Shown piece by piece: positions 51,581 through 64,000 of a stretch of 64,000 bases of DNA. Both the position numbers and the translations under genes were made by a program. This stretch comes from Octopus sinensis (lineage: Eukaryota). Location: the NCBI RefSeq assembly GCF_006345805.1, contig NC_043004.1:58838001-58902000 (forward strand), written 5' to 3'. Under the pieces are notes generated by a model. The model searched no databases and was not told the origin of the DNA. It saw nothing but the letters and a program-made list of their open reading frames with translations. The first letter of the stretch is position 1; each line of letters starts with the position of its first letter.

Positions 51581-52138
51581 CAAACAATTAATTGTCCTAA
51601 ATACCAACCTAGTTTTGTTGTAATGAGCTCCTAATTAAGCTGTGCTCGTTTGTCGTTTATCTACACCTCTCTCTCTCACGCGCGCATACCAACGCGTAAT
51701 TTAAAAAAAAAATAGCGGAATTCTTAGAGTATCGTGCTAAATGTCAAACGGTAGTTAGATAACACCCTTTATAATCAGTGTTCAAATCCTGCAGATGCTT
51801 TTTTGCCTACTTCCAGGATCAATGTTAATTTAATCGAATATATTCCTCCACCTCACGTTACCGTAATAAATCAATCAGGTTTACAACTCTAACTGTTTAA
51901 CAATTGTTAGGCATTTGATAGTTTGAGCCTTTTAAATATCTACATAACTTAATCCTTTCGATTTTCACAGGTGTTGGGCCTGGTACCCTGTCCTTCTTTC
52001 TCGGGCCTTTGATAAGTGACACTCTTCTTCATAAGTATTTTGTATGTGATGGATTCTCTGTTGGTTTTAACAGTGATCATTCAGTTGTCTAATTATCTTT
52101 AATTGCTTATTTAGAAAATTAGCATGTAAAGTGTAGAG

Positions 52139-52339
52139 CAGTGCTTTTCAAACTTTTTGCTGGAGCGGAACCCCAAGGAAACATTCCACTGGCTCGAGGA
52201 ACCCCTGTGCAATAATTTAATAGTCTTATGCATACACATCTGCACAGGAGAATTAACAATTACTGCCGATTTTAGCAGTCTTGTAACTTCTTGCGGAACC
52301 CCTGGACTGTACTGGCGGAACCCTGGTTGAAAACCACTG
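52139..52339. mobile_element. hAT-type MITE
   Basis: Ends are CAGTGCTTTTCAA...TTGAAAACCACTG with an exact TSD GTGTAGAG. Confidence 0.92.
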
Positions 52340-53125
52340 GTGTAGAGTATTCCATAGACAAGTGTATTATTTTGATAATCATCAAATAAAATCAGTGTGA
52401 CATGTGACAAGGCTTCCACTCAGTTTCTGTCCATCTACTTTTACTCTTGAGACTGAGATTTTGGGTTAACCTTCAGGTTATGACAAAAGAGACTAGCCCA
52501 TGGTGCTTTGCAATGGAATGAAACCCTGCATTTGGAAACTGCAAAGCAATCTTCTTAGGCCCTTAACTTTGCCTGTAAATACATATCAAGTCTCATCATC
52601 ATTATTTAATGTTCCTTTTTCCAGGTTTGCATGAGTTGGATGGTTTGGCATGAGCCAAGTTCCAATGTCTGCTTTGGCATGGTTTCTGCAACTGAATGCC
52701 CTTCCTATTGCCAACCACTTTACAAAGTGTACTGGATATTTTTGTTCATGGCACTAGCACTAGTGAGATCACCAAGTATTCACAAGACCCCCTCAACTGA
52801 GGTGGGTATAGTATTGAAGGATCTGAAAGTATGACAGAGGGACAGGAATAGGTGTTTTACTGAAGAGGTGAATACTTAGCTTCCTTCAACTAGAAAGAGT
52901 GATATATTGAGTGTGTGAACAGGTGAAACTGCTATGTATAAAGTCTATTCTATATAATTTCCACATAAATCTCTGTGACTGTATTCCAGATAGGGTTACT
53001 GTTATAGAAACAGAATCATTTTCCGGAGACATAGTGAGATGTTTGTAGTTGGAAAACACTGTTGTTGCTGCAAAATATTGATGGACAGTAAATCTAATTA
53101 ACCATAAGGGTATTAGAGTACATGT

Positions 53126-53518
53126 GTGGAGGCGCAATGGCCCAGTGGTTAGGGCAGCGGACTCGCGGTCATAGGATCGCGGTTTCGATTCCCAGACCGG
53201 GCGTTGTGAGTGTTTATTGAGCGAAAACACCTAAAAAGCTCCACGAGGCTCCGGCAGGGGATGGTGGTGATCCCTACTGTACTCTTTCACCACAACTTTC
53301 TCTCACTCTTACTTCCTGTTTCTGTTGTACCTGTATTTCAAGGGGCCGGCCTTGTCACTCTCTGTGTCATGCTGAATATCCCCGAGAGCTACGTTAACGG
53401 TACATGTGTCTGTGGAGTGCTCAGCCACTTACACGTTAATTTCACGAGCAGGCTGTTCCGTTGATTCTGATCAACCGGAACCCTCATCGTCGTAACCGAC
53501 GGAGTGCTTCCATCCATC
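53126..53518 (+). mobile_element. B1 SINE, full length
   Basis: 11-bp TSD AGAGTACATGT at 53115-53125 and 53519-53529. Confidence 0.93.
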
Positions 53519-56488
53519 AGAGTACATGTAAAATTGGTATATGTAAAAGATTAATGTCAAGAAGTGCATTTAACATAAGACCTGTGGTGATTAGGGTACA
53601 GATAAAACTTGCGCATCTTGAATAAATCTATTAGCTAGTCTCTATCCTTCTCTATGATACAAGGGTACTGGTGAGGCTGTTGCATTTAAAGAGTAACTAT
53701 CAGTTAGCCTGTGTTTTTAACTAAGGCATTGGTGGGTTATGAAAGAATGGTTAGCACACCGGACAAAGTGCTTAGCAACATTATGTCTGTCTTTATGTTC
53801 CGAGTTCAAATTCCGCCAAGGGTGACTTTGCCTTTCATACAAGTACCAGTTGAGTACTGGGGTCAATGTAATTGACTTAACACCCTACCCTGGAATCTTC
53901 CATAGGTTTTGATTTTATACAAGGGTACATAGGCGCAGGAGTGGCTGTGTGGTAAGTAGCTTGCTAACCAACCACATGGTTCCGGGTTCAGTCCCACTGC
54001 ATGGCATCTTGGGCAAGTGTCTTCTGCTATAGCCCCGGGCCGACCAATGCAGACGGAAACTGAAAGAAGCATGTCGTATATATGTATGTATATATATGTT
54101 TGTGTGTCTGTGTTTGTCCCCCTAGCATTGCTTGACAACCGATGGTATGTTTACGTCCCTGTCACTTAGCGGTTCGGCAAAAGAGACTGATAGAATAAGT
54201 ACTGGGCTTACAAAGAATAAGTCCCGGGGTCGATTTGCTCGACTAAAGGCGGTGCTCCAGCATGGCCACAGTCAAATGACTGAAACAAGTAAAAGAGTAA
54301 AGAGTACTTAGTGAGGCTGTTGTGTTTAACCCTTCCGATACCAACCCGGCTGAAAGCGCCTCTGGCTCTGTAGTACAAATGTTTTGTTTTCATGAGTTTT
54401 AAATTAAAATCTTCCACCAAACTTCAGTCACGATTTATGCTCTTAACCCTAGCTTAATGATAACTAAATTATTTTACTAAATTCTTTGTTATATTTAAAA
54501 TTAATTGAAAGAATCACAGAGCATCTCAAAATAAATACGGTAATGAAAGGGTTAAAGAATAACTCTATCAGCTAGACTGTGTTCATAGCTATAACATTGG
54601 TGGGTGCTGTTAAAGCTGTTATATATAAAAAGTAAGTTTGTCAGTTCGGGTTTGTGGGTCTCTAAAACATATGATGAGACTTAATAGAAATGAAACATAT
54701 ATCCTGAAATGTTTAAATTTATAGCAGCTTGACTCATGGACATTCCACGGTTGTTGACAACTAAGACAATAATTACTCTATTTATTCAAACTTCTCTCCT
54801 TGTCTGTTGTAAATACTTCCTACAGTCTCTTCCATTCATTTTTTTTCTTCTCTATTACTGCTCTAGTGATGATTCATTCCCCTGCTTTGTCTTTTTCATT
54901 CCCAACTCTCAGGAGTGGCTGTGTGGTAAGTAGCTTGCTAACCAACCACATGGTTCCGGGTTCAGTCCCACTGCGTGGCACCTCGGGCAAGTGTCTTCTG
55001 CTATAGACCCGGGCCAACCAATGCCTTGTGAGTGGATTTGGTAGACGGAAATTGAAAGAAGCCCGTCGTATATATGTATATGTATATATGTATGCGTGTG
55101 TGTGTTTGTCCCCCTAGCATTGCTTGACAACCGATGCTGGTGTGTTTACGTCCCCGTCACTTAGCGGTTCGGCAAAAGAGACCCAATAGAATAAGTACTG
55201 GGCTTACAAAGAATAAGTCCCGGGGTCGATTTGCTCGATTAAAGGCGGTGCTCCAGCATGGCCGCAGTCAAATGACTGAAACAAGTAAAAGAGTAAAGAG
55301 TTTCTCTCTCTTGTTAGCTCATCATCTATCACTGTCCATATTTTCTCAAAATCAGAATCTCTGGAAGATTCAGCATTTTTTGGTTTCAAATTTTGGCACA
55401 AAGCCAGCAATTTCGGCAGGAGTGGCGGTGTTAAGTCAATTACATTGACCCCAGTACTCAGCTGGTACTTATTTTATTGATTCAGAAAGGCAAAATCAAT
55501 CTTGGTGAAATTTGAACTCAGAACATAAAGACAGACAAAATGCTGCTGAGCCTTCTGTCAGCTCACCACCTTAGGATTCAGCATTTATTGTTGAGCAGAC
55601 GATATAGGCGCAGGAGTGGCTGTGTAGTAAGTAGCTTGCTTACCAACCACATGGTTCCGGGTTCAGTCCCACTGCGTGGTATCTTGGGCAAGTGTCTTCT
55701 ACTATAGCCTTGGGCCGACCAGAGCCTTGTGAGTGGATTTGGTAGATGGAAACTGAAAGAAGCCTGTCGTATATATGTGTGTGTTTGTGTGTGTGTTTGT
55801 CCCTCTAGCATTGCTTGACAACCGATGCTGGTGTGTTTATGTCCCCGTCACTTAGCGGTTCGGCAAAAAGAGACCCAATAGAATAAGTACTGGGCTTACA
55901 AAGAATAAGTCCCGGGGTCGATTTGCTCGACTAAAGGCGGTGCTCCAGCATGGCCGCAGTCAGATGACTGAAACAAGTAAAAGAGTAACATGATCAAACA
56001 GTCTGAGCTAACTGTAGATCAAATATTCGTTCTTTGGCAGGTGTTTGAGAAATCGTGATAGTATTGTCAAGTGTGTTTGCTTTGTGACCACGAAACATAC
56101 TGTCGAGTGTTTTGCAGAAGTTCTTTCTTTTGGTTTTTTTACAGTCAGGCAGCTGCTTGTTGCTTTGAAGTCTCTGTACAAATGCCTTAGTGCTTGCACT
56201 GGAGCTTAATACCATTTAAGTAGTGTCAAATTAAATTTTAGTTAAGTAAAATGATGCTACATGGCATGTTGTATGACTCTCTACTCTTTCACTTGTTTCA
56301 GTCATTTGACTGCGGCCATGCTGGAGCACCGCCTTTAATCGAGCAACTCGACCCCCGGGATTTATTCTTTTTTGTAAGCCCAGTACTTATTCTATCGGTC
56401 TCTTTTGCCAAACCGCTAAGTAACGGGGACGTAAACACACCAGCATCGGTTGTCAAGCAATGCTAGGGGGACAAACACAGACACACAA

Positions 56489-56544
<56 letters not shown>

Positions 56545-59500
56545 ATACGACGGGCTTCTTTTCAGTTTCCGTCTACCAAATCCACTCACAAGGCTTTGGT
56601 CGGCCCGAGGCTATAGTAGAAAACACTTGCCCAAGGTGCCACGCAGTGGGACTGAACTCGGAACCATGTGGTTGGTAAACGAGCTACTTACCACACAGCC
56701 ACTCCTGCACCTAATAATTCTGACTGTCTAATAATTCTGCCAATCTACCACCAGATAGACCTGATTTAACCCTCTAGCATTCAAACTGGCCAGGCCCAGC
56801 CTAAATGTTCCCTCTTTATGTTCTAAATAGCCAAATCCAGCCTCTTACACCTACCCTACAATATCATTCCTAAAGTAAAGAGTCACATCATGGGAAATTT
56901 CACAGCTATGAGCTAACGCATGGCTGATTCAAAACAATGCAAATGAATAAGCATTACATTTGACAGAGTAATCCGAAAACTAGAATTTTTAGTGTTAGGA
57001 TTCTTTTTCTTTTATTCTTTTATTTGCTTCAGTCATATGACTGCGACCATGCTGGAGCACTGCCTTTAGTCGAGCAAATCGACCCCAGGACTTATTCTTT
57101 GTAAGCCTAGTACTTATTCTATCGGTCTCTCTTGCCGAACCGCTAAGTGATGGGGACGTAAACACACCAGCATCGGTTGTCAAGCGATGTTGCGGGGATG
57201 ACAAACACAGACACACAAACATACACATGCACACACACACACACACACATATGTACACGATGGGCTTCTTTCAGTTTCCGTTTGCCAAATCCACTCTCAA
57301 GGCTTTGGTCGGCCTGAGGCTATAGTAGAGGTCACTAGCCCAAGGTACCATGCTGCAGTGGGACTGAACCCGGAACCATGTGGTTGGTAAGCAGGCTACT
57401 TACCACACAGCTACTCAAATGATCTGATAGAGGAAGGATACAGTATTAGAATTCCTGTTCTGAAGGCTAAATAAAGCCATTTGGATGTTGACATAAAACT
57501 GATACTGTTGATGTTGTTGTTTAACCCTTGGTCAGCTCTGATCCAGCAGACCTATGATCAAAGACATTCCATCTTTTAACACACTGTCTTTTGTTCATGA
57601 ATAGTGTATGAAGGATTACTTTATCTAATGTGTTTAAGACAATTTGCTTGGAGGAAGATTTATGTGGCTGCTATTTTTAGAGAGTCAAGTAACTGCATAG
57701 AGAATCGCTATTGACTGGACAGAGTTCAGGTTGATGATGATATCAATAGTGGCTACATAAGATCTAATCCTTCTCTTACACCAAATGTCTCACATCTGTT
57801 TCATGTACATGCAATGAGGCAAATTCTTATAATTTGTTAGTGTTTTCTTTTTGTCCCCCATATTCTTTTTTTTTTTTTTATCTATTAATCAGGAGTGTCC
57901 ATGACTCTTTGGAGGACCTCTGAAGTTCGTGTAAGGAGGGAGAAAAATATCTTCATACCAGAGTCCTGGCCTAAAATAGTTGCAGCAGAATGAATTCTGC
58001 TATTGGCACTCAAGTGATGGGTTAAGTTTACCACTGATGTAGGCCATGGCAGGATTTGAACTAAAAGTGCCAAGAACCAGTACAAGTGCCACAATGGCAA
58101 CTGGTCTGACATTCTTACACTTCTACTAATCCACTGCTTTGGATTACTGTTTTTTTATCATAAAAAAGAAAAAAAACAAAGATGCAAGGTAAAATTGGCC
58201 TTGATGAGATTTGTAGTCACAGAATTGAGACCACAAGATATCTGGTTTGACATTCTTACTGTTCCTTCTATCAGTCACTTTGGATAATCTTCATCATCAT
58301 CATCGTTTAACGTCCGTTCTCCATACTAGCATGGGTTGGACGGTTCGACCGGGGATCTGGGAAGCCAGAAGGCTGCACCAGGCTCCAGTCTGATCTGGCA
58401 GAGTTTCTACAGCTGGATGCCCTTCCTAATGCCAACCACTCCGCAAGTGTAGTGGGTGCTTTTTACGTGCCAGTGGGGTCCAGCATCAACCACGATCGGT
58501 TGGTGCTTTTAACGTGCCACCGGCACAGAAGCCAGCCAAGGCGGCACTGATCAACATTTAATGTCTGTTTTCACCATTGGCATGGGTTAGACAGCTTGAC
58601 AGGAACTGGCATGGTCAGGGAGCACACCAGGTTCCATAGTCTGTTTTGGCTTAATTTCTACAGCTGGATGCCCTTCCTATGGCCAACCACTCCACAGAGT
58701 GCAGTGAGTGCTTTTTACATAGCACTGTCACCAATGCTTTTTACGTGGCACTAGCACCAGTGCTTTTTATGTGGCACCTTGGTTTTAGGATCTCAGTTCT
58801 GTTGTGGTGAGCAGGTCTTCTTGAGTACAGCAATGCACCACATATCTCGGTCCTCAACACTTTTTATTGACCTCTCAAAAAAATGAAAGGCAAAGTTGAA
58901 TCTTGGCAGAATTTGAACTCTACAAAAAAAACAAAAAACAAAAAAAACAACAACCCAAAAAACAAACAAAAAATCTGAAACTAATACCACAATACTTTTT
59001 ATCTGACATTCTAACAGCCTGCCCATTCACTTAGTGATGGTTTGTGGTGATAGTGGTGGTGATGATGATGGACATGGCAGCAGCTAAGTATATTTATTGT
59101 AAATGGTGGTGATGGAATATTGTTGCTGTTCAAAAGCCATTAATAGTAATTAAAAAATATTGACCATTTATGCAGCAAGGGATGAGGAGAGGAGAAAGAT
59201 TGTGAAATGGGAGGCAGGAAGCTATTTAATTAGCTATCTTTCGCTAGATAAGTTGTTGTTAGTAAGACTGAGTTTATTATTGTTATGCACTGACACCCAG
59301 CACAATAGAGTGATTTGTTTTGCCAGAGAGTCAGACTATTTCTGTCTGCTTTATAGTCACTGAGTTTATTTGGAGTTACTGTCTGTGTGTGTGTTTTTCT
59401 GTTTCGTTTTCCTTTTCCTAAACCTACGGTGGCACGTAAAAAGCACCATCCGACCGTGGCCGTTTGCCAGACTTGTCTGGCACCTGTGCAGGTGGCACGT

Positions 59501-59736
59501 AAAAAGCACCCACTACACTCATGGAGTGATTGGCATTAGGAAGGGCATCCAGCCTTAGAAACATTGCCAGATCAGACTGGGCCTGGTGCAGCCTTCTGGC
59601 TTCCCAGACCCCAGTTGCACCGTCCAACCCATGCCAGCATGGAAAGCGGATGCTAAACAATGATGATGATGATTTCAATCAGTGGTTTTTATTTTAGGTG
59701 GAAGTATTCCCTTAGGATCATTGGGAACTTATAAGG

Positions 59737-60058
59737 CAGTGGTTCTCAACTGGGGTCTATGTGGTCCCTAAGGGTCTCTGTAATAAGTTTTGGGAGTCTA
59801 TGCAGCAAAATAGTAAATTGGGGACCCACAATATTGTTTTAGACATATGTATTAGTAAGGATTGCAAAAAATAGCTTAGTTTCTTTCTCTAACCTTTTAC
59901 ACAGTTCAACCTACACAAGAGAATGTGTGTAAAACAAAATAAGAATTTTGAAAGAAGTTTCTATAAAAATGAGTTTTTAAACATTGAATGGTTATGAGGG
60001 TCCACCAGAATAAAGAAGTAATTAAACGGGTCCATTGATAAATGGTTGAGAAACCTTG
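59737..60058. mobile_element. hAT (Charlie-like) MITE
   Basis: Ends are CAGTGGTTCTCAAC...GTTGAGAAACCTTG with an exact TSD TTATAAGG. Confidence 0.9.
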
Positions 60059-60762
60059 TTATAAGGGGTAGTGAATGTCAAAAAAGTGTTATGGTGGGCA
60101 TGCTAGGTGCTTAGGCTGGTGGGAGATGGTTCTCAGAAATAAATTATTCAAACTTTGGTACAGTACTTGTCTTTTCTCTTTTACTGTTTCAGTCATTAGA
60201 CTGGCCATACTGGGGCAGCACCTTGAAGACTTTTTACTAAAATGAATCAAATTCTGTACTTTTTTTTAAGCCTGATATTTATTCTTTTGGTCTCTTTTGC
60301 CAAACTGCTAAGTTACGGGGATACAAACATACCAACACACACACACACACATGAAAGCCTTCTTTCAGTTTCTGTCTACCAAATCCACTCACAAAGTTTT
60401 GGTTGGCCCAAGGCTATAGTAGAAGACACTTGTTCAAGATGCCATGCCGTGGGACTGAACCCAGAACCATGTGGTTGGGAAGCAAACTTCTTATCACACA
60501 GCTATGCCTGTGCCTATTTTAAACTCATTTAAAAAATATCTTTGAGATGAGCATATACTCTTTTACTCTTTTCAGTCATTTGACTGCGGCCATGCTGGAG
60601 CACCGCCTTTAATCGAGCAACTCGACCCCGGGACTTATTCTTTTGTAAGCCCAGTACTTATTCTATCGGTCTCTTTTGCCGAACCGCTAAGTAACGGGGA
60701 CATAAACACACCAGCATCTGTTGTCAAGCAATGCTAGGGGGACAAACACACAAACACACACA

Positions 60763-60801
<39 letters not shown>

Positions 60802-63800
60802 TATATATATACATATATACGACGGGCTTCTTTCAGTTTCCGTCTACCAAATCCACTCACAAGGCTTTGGTCGGCCCGATGCTATAGTAGAAGACGCTTG
60901 CCCAAGGTGCCATGCAGTGGGACTGAACACAAAACCATGTGGTTGGTAAGCAAGCTACTTACCACACAGCCACTCCTGCGCCTATGGCGATGAAATTATG
61001 TTGTTTGTAAGCAAATAACTTAATTTTAAAATGTGATTGTAGGGTAGGTGTGAGAGGCTGGATCTGGATGGTTTGAACTTAGAATAAGGATTAATTATTC
61101 ACCACAATTCAATATATTTTCATTATATACATAAGTCCTCTTTTTTTCTTTAATAATTTCCACAACAATTTAGTAACGAGGTACTAGTTTGTGCAAATAT
61201 CTGAGAAGAGTCACTGGGGTAGTATAAGAAAATATGAATAATAAACCATTGCACTAAATTAACTTGTTCGATTGACTCTTTAACTGTGTAATTAAATTTC
61301 ATGATCATTCTTGTAATAATGATATTATCCACATACAAAAAAAAATTAGAATTGATATTTTTTGCTTCTGCAATACTTTTTCAGTAGCTCCTAGGTACAG
61401 TTTCCATAGCCACTAAAAGTATTTAATTTTTGCTCAATAAAGAGATATTTGATGAAATATATGATCAAATTAAGAGAATCTGAAAAATTCTCTCTTGTAT
61501 AGGTGCAAGAGTGGCTGTGTGGTAAGTAGCTTGCTTACCAACCACATGGTTTGGGGTTCAGTCCTACTGCATGGCACCTCGGGCAAGTGTCTTATACTAT
61601 AGCTTCGGGCCGACCAAAGCCTTGTGAGTGGATTTGGTAGATGAAAACTGATAGAAGCCCGTCGTGTATATATATATATATGTGTGTGTGTGTGTGGTGT
61701 TTGTCCCCCCAACATCGCTTGACAACTGATGCTGGTGTGTTTATGTCCCCATAACTTAGCAGTTTGGCAAAAGAGACCGACAGAATAAGTACTAGGCTTA
61801 CAAAGAATAAGTCCTGGGGTCGATTTGCTCGACTAAAAGCAGTGCTCCAGCATGGCCGCAGTCAAATGACTGAAACAAGTAAAAGTGAGAGTATAAACTG
61901 TCACTAGATTTGTCTTCACTGCTCTCAGGATAGGGAGTGGTGTTTTCAGATATGTGGATCAAGATCACTTTCTGCAGTTAACAGTATTAAGATTTTAAGG
62001 AGATATATCTACTTTCCATATTCAAAAAGTTAAAGCAATCTGCTTGAATTTTTGTTGGGTGGAGTCAAAAACATTGGAAAGGGGTATTTGTGAAACTCCA
62101 TTTGTTAAAAGGGGTTGTGCTGATTTAGACTAATTATACTTTGTAGCACAATTTTTGTCCTTGGGCAGCAACTGTTATTTCCTGTTTGCTTATCCCTAGA
62201 AAGTATGAAAATGGCTAATACTTTCCTTCAAGCTTTGCTTTTGTTACATTTATCCAAACCCCCAAAAATCCTTCTCAACACATGGCTATGATGCTCCCTC
62301 ACCACTGCTCATGATCAGAGATTCATATATTGTCAGCCATAGTGGTTATGGTCAAGCAACTGACAAGCAAATCTGAAGTATTGTGCAGAATATTTGCTGT
62401 AATGATATTTCTTCTTCAGCAGTTTGGTGCTGAATCTGTCTGAAATCATCATCATCATCGTTTAACGTCCGTTCTCCATGCTAGCATGGGTTAGACAGTT
62501 CGACCGGGGATCTGGGAAGCCAGAAGGCTGCACCAGGCTCCAGTCTTATCTGGCGGTGTTTCTACAGCTGGATGCCCTTCCTAACGCCAACCACTCTGCG
62601 AGTGTAGTGGGTGCATTTTACGTGCACAGGTGCCAGGCGAGGCTGACAACGGCCACGGTCGGATTGGTGCATTTTACGTGCCACCAGCACAGAAGCCAGT
62701 CGAGGCGACACTGGTATCGGCCACGATTCGGATGGTGCTTTTTACGTGCCACTGGCACGGAAGCCAGTCGAGGCGGCGCTGGCATCGGCCACGAATTGGA
62801 TAGTGCATTTTACGTACCACCAGTCCAGGGGTCCTGGCATTGCCGGGTGCCAGTCATAGGATTGGTTCAATTTTGATTCCAATTCAGTTTCAAAACATTG
62901 ATGTCCAGGTCACAAAAGCAAAGTTTGAAGAGAATAGTAGTTTCCTTTGATTTCTTGATAGAAGCAAATAGAAAATAACACTTAATGACCAAAGACAAAA
63001 AATTTTTTTTTAAATGAAATTTTGTTACAGTGTTATTAAATAGATGTGTCTCTCTCTCTATATATATATTTATTATACCAGGGAAGAGAGAGCTGCTGTT
63101 TGGCATTTGAAAAATTATGGGCACAGGAGTTAGAACTGTTTTTATCTCAATAAAAATGGTGGTATTTTGGTCTTTATTGTTCCAAAAAGATGAGTTGAAC
63201 TTTAGCAAACTAAGTCATCTAAGTAATTAATTAACTCTTATTTGTGTAGTAGATGGTGGGAGATAATCAAGGATTTTTCAATAAAAATTATCTGGTGTTT
63301 ATATTATAATTTAATAGAGTTCTTCATATAAAGTTATGATGGTAGTTTTTCAATAAGCAGTTTTGTATATTGAACAGAGAGAGGCAGCTTCTGGTGGGTT
63401 GGTAACGAAAACAGTTAAGAATTAATATTCATAACTGGAGTAAGTTAATGTCAAGTTGTGTTACCATTGCTATCTGACTTTGATATTGACACATACATAA
63501 ATGTAGATAAATGCAAACAAACATCATCATCATCGTCGTTTAATGTCCATTCTCCATACTAGCATGGGTTGGACGGTTCGACCGGGGATCTGGGAAGCCA
63601 GAAGGCTGCACCAGGCTCCAGTGTTATCTGGCAATGTTTCTACAGCTGGATGCACTTCCTAATGTCAACCACTCCGTGAGTGTAGTGGGTGCTTTTTACG
63701 TGCCACCTGCACAGGTGCCAGGCGAGGCTAGCATCAGCCACGGTCAGATTGGTGCTTTTTACGTGCCGGCGGCACTTACTTCGGCCACGATTCGGATGGT

Positions 63801-64000
63801 GCTTTTTACGTGCCACCGGCACGAAAGCCAGTCGAGGCGGCGCTGGCATCGGCCATGATTCGGATAGTGCTTTTTACGTACCACCAGTCCAGGGGTCCTG
63901 GCATCTGCCGGGTGCCAGTCATAGGATTGGTTCAATTTCGATTTCACTTGCCCCCAACAGGTCTTCGCAAGCATGGGTGCCTGTCGTCGGATGAGGTTCG

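Noticed and set aside
52559-52590. CCCTTAAC as a U12 branch point for ARPC5 intron 1
   Set aside because: It is followed by repeat sequence, not an ARPC5 exon 2-like reading frame.
53126-53200. tRNA-like sequence with a TCG anticodon-like loop (and similar heads of families A, C, D)
   Set aside because: These are SINE heads continuous with SINE bodies and bounded by TSDs. There is no proper acceptor stem or terminator.
62610-63890. Recurrent GGTGCTTTTTACGTGCCACC with ~40-50 nt intervals, resembling a CRISPR array
   Set aside because: The context is eukaryotic, the 'spacers' are related to each other, there are only up to ~4 units per locus, no cas genes are present, and the units lie inside a dispersed RTE 3' UTR.

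Overview
This is eukaryotic, AT-rich, repeat-dense DNA, very probably Octopus (inferred from the SINE, RTE and (TA)n landscape). Two host genes are supported, and the ORF track misses most of both. RPL35 is complete on the minus strand in 4 exons (46199-46197, 42989-42915, 40587-40526, 37660-37429; 123 aa) with a TCT/TOP start and an AATAAA signal. The first coding exon of ARPC5/ARPC5L lies head-to-head 586 bp away on the plus strand (46786-46925). It ends at a U12-type GTATCCTTTT donor, and I found no exon 2 in the window. Human has the same RPL35-ARPC5L divergent pair. The rest is mobile DNA: several tRNA-derived SINE families (labelled A, B1, B2, C, D here), RTE 3'-UTR pieces (E), RTE, CR1 and R4-type LINE fragments, a Penelope-like GIY-YIG fragment, a full-length decayed Tc1, a mariner end, hAT, piggyBac and Tigger-like MITEs, and Helitrons. 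The most interesting observations are a SINE subfamily sharing its 3' tail with an RTE LINE in the window and sitting in (TA)n tracts, a tandem hairpin-plus-pseudoknot module in RTE 3' UTRs, and a templated copy of unique flank between two SINEs 8 kb apart. All calls were read by eye; no database searches or folding programs were run.
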